From an uncultured Methanosarcinales archaeon (GTDB lineage Archaea; Nanobdellota; Nanobdellia; Woesearchaeales; CAZJJJ01), in contig CAZOXV010000003.1 of NCBI GenBank assembly GCA_964583935.1, positions 5,463-20,406 of the forward strand: 14,944 nt of DNA, in the 5' to 3' direction. Both the position numbers and the translations under genes were made by a program. Below the pieces are notes generated by a model. The model saw only the letters and a program-made list of their open reading frames with translations. It was not told the origin of the DNA and made no database searches. Shown one piece after another: positions 1 through 5,756 of the stretch (position 1 is the first letter of the stretch; the number at the start of each line of letters is the position of its first letter).

Positions 1-135
1 TATGAAGAGGATATATTTTCAACAATTGTCGGTGCGGTTTTTTGGCCACTGGCTGCTTTTATCATTATCTTCGGACTAACAGTCAAAGGATTGGGAAAAA
101 TATATGAGTATTTTAGAAATAACAAATCCAAGTGA
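1..135 (+). CDS. 3' end of an upstream gene that starts before the window; the C-terminal 44 aa include a hydrophobic helix (IVGAVFWPLAAFIIIFGL)
   Basis: Frame 1 is open from the window edge to TGA at 133-135. It overlaps the start of the next gene by 32 nt in another frame. No start is visible because it lies upstream. Confidence 0.3.
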   Translation, partial: YEEDIFSTIVGAVFWPLAAFIIIFGLTVKGLGKIYEYFRNNKSK

Positions 136-421
136 TATAAAGAAAGAAGGTGCTTCTGTACTGTTTGTAGCATTCAACACTGCTCCTTGTAGAAAGTTTA
201 TGAACTACGCAAGGCAAGCTATTGGAATACTTGAAAGTAAAGGAAAGGAAATCTCTTATTTTCAAATAACAAATACTCCAGAAGTAAAGGAAGCTCTTCA
301 TATTAGTGCGATGCCAACTACAATCATTTATGTTGACGGTGAAGAGAAGAGAAGATTTGTTGGACATTTGTGGAGCCATTTTGAAATTGCTGGAAAGATA
401 AACGAGGGGATAAACAAATGA
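104..421 (+). CDS. Thioredoxin-fold protein in which the CxxC motif is degenerated to a single Cys (monothiol, TAPCRKF)
   Basis: ORF from the track. The protein aligns colinearly with E. coli thioredoxin as I remember it: VLFVAFNTAPCRKF matches ILVDFWAEWCGPCKM, and AMPTTIIYVDGEEKRRFVG matches GIPTLLLFKNGEVAATKVG. Confidence 0.6.
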   Translation: MSILEITNPSDIKKEGASVLFVAFNTAPCRKFMNYARQAIGILESKGKEISYFQITNTPEVKEALHISAMPTTIIYVDGEEKRRFVGHLWSHFEIAGKINEGINK

Positions 422-720
422 AGGTATTTTTAGATGATGAGAGACAAACACCAGAAGGCTGGAAGAGAGTTTACTGGCCTGATGAAGCAATAGAACTATT
501 GAAGACAAACAAAGTTACAGAGATAAGTTTGGATCACGACCTTGGTGACGACGAAAGAGGAACTGGTTATGATGTAATTAGATGGATTGAAATGGCTGTT
601 GCTATGGATGAATTCAAGCCACCTGTAATAAAAGTTCACTCTGCTAATACATCAGCAAGGCAGAAAATGGAACTTGGTATAAAATCAATTGAGAGGCTTA
701 GTAGAAACAATGAAGTTTAA
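418..720 (+). CDS. Receiver-like (CheY-fold) domain protein of the cyclic-phosphate-processing receiver (CPR) type
   Basis: The signature MKVFLDDER..PEGW…EISLDHDLG…GYDV..W…VHSAN matches my memory of the CPR domain family linked to RNA-repair systems. It overlaps the upstream gene by ATGA. Confidence 0.5.
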   Translation: MKVFLDDERQTPEGWKRVYWPDEAIELLKTNKVTEISLDHDLGDDERGTGYDVIRWIEMAVAMDEFKPPVIKVHSANTSARQKMELGIKSIERLSRNNEV

Positions 721-1309
721 GGAATTGATTTCAGATACGGATTGGGATAGTGTAGCAAATTCTCTAAAGTCAAACTATGACATTAGTGATGATTCATTAG
801 AATCTCATAGAGATGTTTACTTCACTATTATCAATGCTGAATCTTATGAAGAAACTGCTATGAGAATTTGCGTTGAGTTTGTTGAGCCTGACGGAGATTT
901 GATTGAAGAAGGATACTGGAGTGTTTTTGGAATGAATGGAACGCTTCATAAGGATACTGAAGACGCAGAACTCTTTCCGAACTCTAGTGAAGAATGGTTG
1001 AACTCAGAAGTTACCTATGCTCTTGAGTTCAAACATTGGAGTGAGTGGTTGAATATGGAAATTGACGAGAGTACCGCTAACAATATTCAACTTATGAAAG
1101 CCGACATTGTTGCTCATTGTCTTTGGGAAATGACATACATTAGTTACGACGAGGATGAAATTCAGGAGACTCTTGAAGACTTGAAGAACCAGGTCAAAGA
1201 GATTGAAAATATGACCGATGAAGAAAGAGGAAAGTCATTCAAGTCAGTTGATGAAATGATGGATTACATTGAGAATCTAAAAGACGATGAGGATGAAGAA
1301 GATGGATAA
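710..1309 (+). CDS. Hypothetical, highly acidic protein (D/E-rich, acidic tail DDEDEEDG)
   Basis: The track ORF starts at a TTG at 689. The first in-frame ATG is at 710 (MKFKELISD…). Codon usage is consistent with neighbours. No recognisable domain. Confidence 0.45.
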   Translation: MKFKELISDTDWDSVANSLKSNYDISDDSLESHRDVYFTIINAESYEETAMRICVEFVEPDGDLIEEGYWSVFGMNGTLHKDTEDAELFPNSSEEWLNSEVTYALEFKHWSEWLNMEIDESTANNIQLMKADIVAHCLWEMTYISYDEDEIQETLEDLKNQVKEIENMTDEERGKSFKSVDEMMDYIENLKDDEDEEDG

Positions 1310-1505
1310 TAGAATCGATTTACCAAATGGGTGTTCTCTTTTTTGGGATGATAATAAAGTTGGTGGAAGAATTTATTATTCAGATGAAGTTGGTGGTGGA
1401 GTTACTGTTTGGGATACATCTTTGGTTGACTTATCAACAATGTTAGCTGCCATGACTCAAGAGATGAAGTTACAAAAAGAGGAGTCAATAAATGGTAAGA
1501 TATAG
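1302..1505 (+). CDS. Hypothetical small protein
   Basis: The track ORF runs 1287-1505. ATG 1302 follows a GAGGA and overlaps the upstream stop (TAA 1307-1309). The true start is uncertain among 1287, 1293 and 1302. Confidence 0.35.
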   Translation: MDNRIDLPNGCSLFWDDNKVGGRIYYSDEVGGGVTVWDTSLVDLSTMLAAMTQEMKLQKEESINGKI

Positions 1506-1863
1506 ATATAACTACAACGATTGGCCTGTTGGCGAAGGATGGTATCCTATCATAGAAGAAATGATAACAAAGATTGCTGTCTTAGCAGAAGACTTTGAAG
1601 TCAATATACTTGACATCAAAGAAAAGTTTGGAGGTCTGCAAATCTGGACAGATAAACCAACAGAAGAAATATATGAAGTTATTAGAGAATATGAAGATAA
1701 ATCTTATACTGTTTGTGAATTTTGCGGAGAGCCTGGAAAATATAGAGGCTCTCTCGCTTGGAAGAGAACTCTTTGTGATTCACATTTTGAAGAAGAGAAA
1801 CAGCGTCAAAAGAAATATGCGGCAGAATTAGGAGTAGATGAGATTGACGAAGAAATGTACTAA
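1492..1863 (+). CDS. Hypothetical protein with a C..C…C.H putative zinc site (CEFCGEPG…LCDSH)
   Basis: ATG follows AGAGGAG with a 7-nt spacer. The ORF is tightly packed against its neighbours. Confidence 0.55.
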   Translation: MVRYRYNYNDWPVGEGWYPIIEEMITKIAVLAEDFEVNILDIKEKFGGLQIWTDKPTEEIYEVIREYEDKSYTVCEFCGEPGKYRGSLAWKRTLCDSHFEEEKQRQKKYAAELGVDEIDEEMY

Positions 1864-2203
1864 GTGTGGTAAATGCTGTCAGTTCGTGGCAATACCAATA
1901 CCACAACCAAACATAATGGATGGACACACTATTGACTACTGTAAGTGGATAATAGCTCATAAGAATATGAGTTTGGCTGTAAATGAGAAAAACGAGTGGG
2001 CTATTATTGTAAATGATGATTGTAAGTATTATGATAAGATAAACGAATATAGTGGCGTTTGTACGATATACAATGACAGGTTTGGAGTATGTCGTATGTT
2101 TGATCCGAACAATTGTATGGGTAATGCGAACAATTCTCAGTGGAAGACTTACGACACAGAGAACCAATTTGATAGAGAGGTAAATCCTTACTATGAGGAA
2201 TAA
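1838..2203 (+). CDS. Putative zinc/iron-chelating protein with a CxxCxxCC motif (YkgJ/UPF0153-like)
   Basis: N-terminal CTKCGKCC matches the CxxCxxCC signature of PF03692-type proteins. Further Cys residues lie downstream. The ATG is preceded by TAGGAG with a short spacer. Confidence 0.5.
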   Translation: MRLTKKCTKCGKCCQFVAIPIPQPNIMDGHTIDYCKWIIAHKNMSLAVNEKNEWAIIVNDDCKYYDKINEYSGVCTIYNDRFGVCRMFDPNNCMGNANNSQWKTYDTENQFDREVNPYYEE

Positions 2204-2450
2204 AGAGAAGAAGCTTGAGTTCTTTGATATGATGAAAGAACTTGCTGAACTACAAAGTAAAACTCCAGATGAGACATTGGCTAATCAGCTTGAGAGAATA
2301 ATAAATGGATTGCTGAGAGAAACAATGTCCTTAGAAAGTGCCATAAGGTTTGTGGAAAATAGAATAAAATCTGCTAAGAGGGCTGAGAGCATCGCTTTTT
2401 GGGCTACAATAACGAAAGTCATCAAAAAGTATTTTGAATTGATATCTTGA
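2193..2450 (+). CDS. Hypothetical helical protein
   Basis: ORF from the track. Its stop TGA (2448-2450) is embedded in the -35 TTGACA of the next promoter. Confidence 0.4.
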   Translation: MRNKEKKLEFFDMMKELAELQSKTPDETLANQLERIINGLLRETMSLESAIRFVENRIKSAKRAESIAFWATITKVIKKYFELIS

Positions 2451-2476
2451 CACACATCCGGTAATATGTTATATTA
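2447..2476 (+). promoter_or_regulatory. Sigma70-like promoter: TTGACA (2447-2452), 17 bp spacer, TATATT (2470-2475, TGtTATATTATAAT context)
   Basis: Direct read. This is one member of a six-copy promoter family in the window. AAGGAG and the pncA ATG lie ~30 nt downstream. Confidence 0.55.
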
Positions 2477-2505
2477 TAATTGAACAATCAAAAAAGGAGT
2501 TGTTT

Positions 2506-3045
2506 ATGAAGGTCTTTGTTGACGTTGATACTCTCGGTGACTTTTTCGAGGGTGGAGCACTGCCTGTCCCTGATGCCGACGAAATACGTCCTACTCTTGA
2601 GAAGATAACAAAATTCGCTAAGAGCCAAAAAATTCCAGTTCTCAAATTCAACGACTCACATGACGGGACTGAGCCAGAAATGAAAGCCAACGGTGGACCT
2701 TTTCCACGGCACTGTATGATTGATACAGAGGGTGCCGCAAGTATTCGTGAGACTTCGTGTAAGAATGCTCTTATCTTTGAGAAGCAGACTTACGATGCGT
2801 TTGATACAAAACTTGGAAACAAAAAGATTGATGGTTGGTTGAAAGAAAACAAAGTTACAGAAGCTTGGGTTTATGGAGTAGCTACTGATTGGTGTATCAA
2901 GGCTGCTGTTTTAGGTCTTCTCAAAAGAGGAATAAGAGTTTATGTTTTCAAAAATGCTATAAAGGGCATTGATGAAAAAGCATCCAAGCAAGCTATCGAT
3001 GAAATGAAGAAGGCCGGAGCATTGATGGCTGTTGCTAAACTCTGA
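2506..3045 (+). CDS. pncA: Nicotinamidase (isochorismatase-family Cys hydrolase, PncA)
   Basis: VDVDTLGDFFEGGALPVP matches E. coli PncA VDLQNDFCAGGALAVP (catalytic Asp). A conserved Lys lies in FEKQTYDAF. GVATDWCI matches GLATDYCV (catalytic Cys). ATG 2506 follows AAGGAG with a 7-nt spacer. The track start at 2500 is a TTG. Confidence 0.8.
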   Translation: MKVFVDVDTLGDFFEGGALPVPDADEIRPTLEKITKFAKSQKIPVLKFNDSHDGTEPEMKANGGPFPRHCMIDTEGAASIRETSCKNALIFEKQTYDAFDTKLGNKKIDGWLKENKVTEAWVYGVATDWCIKAAVLGLLKRGIRVYVFKNAIKGIDEKASKQAIDEMKKAGALMAVAKL

Positions 3046-3055
3046 TGGATAAAAT

Positions 3056-3265
3056 ATGAAAGTGAAATTTTATACTTATTGTGGTGAAGCAGGAGACCTT
3101 CAAGGAATGATAGTTGCTGAGATACGAGGGGGTATAAAGTTTCGAAGACTATTTACTCGTACTGGATGGTTTGCTTTGTGGAGTCTTAGAAGAGCCAAGA
3201 AAAAGTTGATGAACCAAATTGAATTGACGACAGGGCAGATGCCTGTTGAAGTTGAAAATTTTTGA
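3056..3265 (+). CDS. Hypothetical small basic protein
   Basis: ORF from the track. The RBS is weak. It fills the gap between pncA and nadE. Confidence 0.35.
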   Translation: MKVKFYTYCGEAGDLQGMIVAEIRGGIKFRRLFTRTGWFALWSLRRAKKKLMNQIELTTGQMPVEVENF

Positions 3266-3279
3266 AAGGAAGTTTACAA

Positions 3280-4134
3280 ATGAACTACGAAAAAGTCGCG
3301 ACAAACATTCGCAGAGAACTGGCGGATTATATTGTGTCTAATGGTTTACATAGTCTTGTGTTAGGAATATCCGGAGGTATAGATTCGGCAGTGTGCGCCG
3401 CTCTTGCTCGTCCTGTATGTGATGGACTTGGTATTCCTCTCATTGGAAGAAGTATCCCTATTCAGACTAACAAGGAAGATGAGCTTGACAGAGCACGGAA
3501 GGTTGGCAAGATTTTTTGTACAGACTTCAAAGAAGTGGACCTTGGTGGAGTTTACAGAAAATTTGAGGAAAGAATCCACATTGCTGAGAATAGGGAGAAT
3601 AGCAAGATTGCCAAAGGTAATATCAAGGCAAGAGTTCGTATGATTTACCTTTACAATATTGCTGGAATGAATAACGGTATGGTTTTGAGTACTGACAATT
3701 ACACCGAACTTCTTCTTGGATTCTGGACATTACATGGAGATGTAGGAAATTTTGGGATGATTCAGAACCTGTGGAAGACTGAAGTCTATGAACTTGCGAG
3801 ATACCTTGCTGATGACCTGAGAAATGATGCTGCTAAGGAAGCATTGAGAGCTTGTATTGCGGCAACACCCACGGACGGGCTTGGTATCAGTAATAGTGAC
3901 CTTGAGCAGCTTGGTGCTGATACATACGATGAGGTAGACAATATTCTTCAGGAGTACATTAAGTACGACAATCTCATGAAGAATAAAGAACTTCTTTACG
4001 ATGTAGAATTCGAGAATCGTGTCAAAGATAAGATAGAAAAGCTTAGGTCGAACCCCGTTATTATTCGTCACTTGACAAGTCAATACAAGAGAGAAGACCC
4101 GTATAACATTCCAAGAAACCTCATAATGAAATAA
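3280..4134 (+). CDS. nadE: NH3-dependent NAD+ synthetase (NadE, single-domain form without a glutaminase domain)
   Basis: PP-loop motif SGGIDS, and a length and architecture typical of NadE (~285 aa). ATG 3280 follows AAAGGAAG with a 7-nt spacer. The track start at 3262 is a TTG. Confidence 0.85.
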   Translation: MNYEKVATNIRRELADYIVSNGLHSLVLGISGGIDSAVCAALARPVCDGLGIPLIGRSIPIQTNKEDELDRARKVGKIFCTDFKEVDLGGVYRKFEERIHIAENRENSKIAKGNIKARVRMIYLYNIAGMNNGMVLSTDNYTELLLGFWTLHGDVGNFGMIQNLWKTEVYELARYLADDLRNDAAKEALRACIAATPTDGLGISNSDLEQLGADTYDEVDNILQEYIKYDNLMKNKELLYDVEFENRVKDKIEKLRSNPVIIRHLTSQYKREDPYNIPRNLIMK

Positions 4135-4143
4135 GGAGTGAAA

Positions 4144-4455
4144 ATGGCTGAAGAAAAAAATCAGATGACTGAAGAAGAAGTAAAAGAGTACGCTGAGAAG
4201 AGAAAGAAAGAATGGGAAGAATTTTACGAAGACTTGAATTCAAATCCAGATGAGCCTGTAACAAAGGGTGATTTGAAAAAAGCAGTCGATTTTCTTTTCG
4301 AAGATTTCGCAGCACTATCTCAGATGGTACAGATTAACTCTCACAATACGAATGTGCTCAATCAGAACTTCAATCAGATTGTTTCTGTGCTACAAGGTGG
4401 AAAACCAGGAATGCCTGGTGGACAAAGAACAAAGGGTGGAATAGTCCTTCCATAA
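4144..4455 (+). CDS. Hypothetical protein: acidic and helical N-terminus, Gly-rich C-terminus (GGKPGMPGGQRTKGG)
   Basis: ATG 4144 lies 5 nt after AAGGAG (4133-4138). The track start at 4138 is a GTG. Confidence 0.5.
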   Translation: MAEEKNQMTEEEVKEYAEKRKKEWEEFYEDLNSNPDEPVTKGDLKKAVDFLFEDFAALSQMVQINSHNTNVLNQNFNQIVSVLQGGKPGMPGGQRTKGGIVLP

Positions 4456-4465
4456 GGAAATTTAG

Positions 4466-5083
4466 ATGAAAAGAGTTGGAATATTTGGTGGGTCTTTTAA
4501 TCCACCAACCACTTCGCATAAAGATATTGTTGACGGATGTATAGCTAATGGAGTCGTTGACGAAGTTTGGATTATTCCTTCCAACAACCACACCCAGAAA
4601 AATAACAAGGTATCATTCCGTCATCGTGTGAATATGTGTAAGATAATGTTCAAAAGGTTGTTTCATCCTGTCAAGGTGAAGAACGACGACTTACACAACC
4701 ACTCCGGTAGAACATTTGATTTGATGAATATTCTGAACTTTCTTTACAACAGAACAAACATATACCGAGATAAGAAATACGAATTTTACATCATTATTGG
4801 AGAGGACTGTGCTGATAATATAGAAAGTTGGTATGAATGGGAAAGGTTGATAAGCGAGTATAAGTTCATAGTTGTAAAGAGAAACGACTACTTTAGACAC
4901 GATTCTAAAGATTGGTATAAAAAGAATCCTCACAAGTTTATTTCTATTGATGGATGCTGGTTTAGTTCCACATATCTTAGGGGAATGTTTAGTAAAGGAT
5001 ACTTCAATTTGGCAGCATTATTGACAAGTCCTAAGATAGTTAGGTATGTTACAAAAAATTCGCTTTACATTCAGGAGAAGTAA
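4466..5083 (+). CDS. nadD: Nicotinate-nucleotide adenylyltransferase (NadD-like NaMN/NMN adenylyltransferase)
   Basis: N-terminal nucleotidyltransferase motif GIFGGSFNPPTTSH is a variant of (H/T)xGH. YIIIGEDCADNIESWYEWERLISEYKFIVVKRNDY aligns closely with E. coli NadD [34 protein letters not shown]. There is a C-terminal ISSTxLR motif. Confidence 0.75.
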   Translation: MKRVGIFGGSFNPPTTSHKDIVDGCIANGVVDEVWIIPSNNHTQKNNKVSFRHRVNMCKIMFKRLFHPVKVKNDDLHNHSGRTFDLMNILNFLYNRTNIYRDKKYEFYIIIGEDCADNIESWYEWERLISEYKFIVVKRNDYFRHDSKDWYKKNPHKFISIDGCWFSSTYLRGMFSKGYFNLAALLTSPKIVRYVTKNSLYIQEK

Positions 5084-5670
5084 TGAGAATCAAAGATAAT
5101 AAAGTCATTTCAGAAACGCCTTTTCTCAAATTCAATAACACTGAGTATGAGGATAATCTTGGCAACACCAAGCATTGGGTCTGGTGTCAACGTCCTGGTG
5201 GAGTAAAAGCTGTTGTGATAGTGGCTGTAGTTGATAGAGGTTTTGTTCCACCGTGGACCGAAATTGGGTACAAAAGAAACCTGGGAATTGTTGTGATAAA
5301 AGAGAAAAGAATACCACTCAATGACTTTGAGTATGGTTTTCCCGCAGGTCTTGTCAATGAAGGAGAGAGTCCAATAGAAGCGGCTAAAAGAGAACTAACG
5401 GAAGAGACTGGTTTGAAAGTTAGGAGAGTCATAAAACACAGTCCTTACATTTACAGTTCTGCTGGTATGACAGACGAATCTGTGTCTATGGTTTATGTTG
5501 AATGTGAAGGTGATGTTAGTAGTGAATTCCTAGAATCATCAGAAGATATAGAAGCGTTCGTAATGAGCCAGCGAGATGTAATCAATTTACTTGAAGACCC
5601 AAATAAGAAGTTCGGTGCCAAGGCTTGGATTGTTCTTGATTACTTCGCTCGTAACGGAGATGTCATATGA
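5083..5670 (+). CDS. Nudix hydrolase, probable ADP-ribose pyrophosphatase
   Basis: Nudix box GLVNEGESPIEAAKRELTEETGL fits Gx5Ex7REUxEExGU. The start overlaps the nadD stop (TAATG). An AGGAG for this gene lies inside the end of nadD. Confidence 0.75.
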   Translation: MRIKDNKVISETPFLKFNNTEYEDNLGNTKHWVWCQRPGGVKAVVIVAVVDRGFVPPWTEIGYKRNLGIVVIKEKRIPLNDFEYGFPAGLVNEGESPIEAAKRELTEETGLKVRRVIKHSPYIYSSAGMTDESVSMVYVECEGDVSSEFLESSEDIEAFVMSQRDVINLLEDPNKKFGAKAWIVLDYFARNGDVI

Positions 5671-5704
5671 TAAAAGATTTACTTGATAAATTTGATGAAA
5701 ACTA

Positions 5705-5734
5705 TTGACGATTTTATGTGAATATGTTATAATT
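5705..5734 (+). promoter_or_regulatory. Sigma70-like promoter: TTGACG (5705-5710), 17 bp spacer, extended -10 TGtTATAAT (5725-5733)
   Basis: Direct read. The upstream AAAACTATTGAC context is shared with the other promoters. It drives the MVP-like gene. Confidence 0.6.
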
Positions 5735-5756
5735 GAATAAAGGAGTTTATGATGAT

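Noticed and set aside
113-508. Minus-strand 131-aa ORF
   Set aside because: It lies entirely antisense to the well-supported thioredoxin-like and CPR genes. It has no RBS or promoter and is a low-complexity translation of AT-rich antisense sequence.
1682-2167. Minus-strand 161-aa ORF and the + strand 78-aa ORF at 1595-1831
   Set aside because: Both overlap the RBS-supported + strand genes 1492-1863 and 1838-2203. The proteins are hydrophobic and low-complexity (poly-I/L/Y), which is typical of spurious frames in AT-rich DNA.
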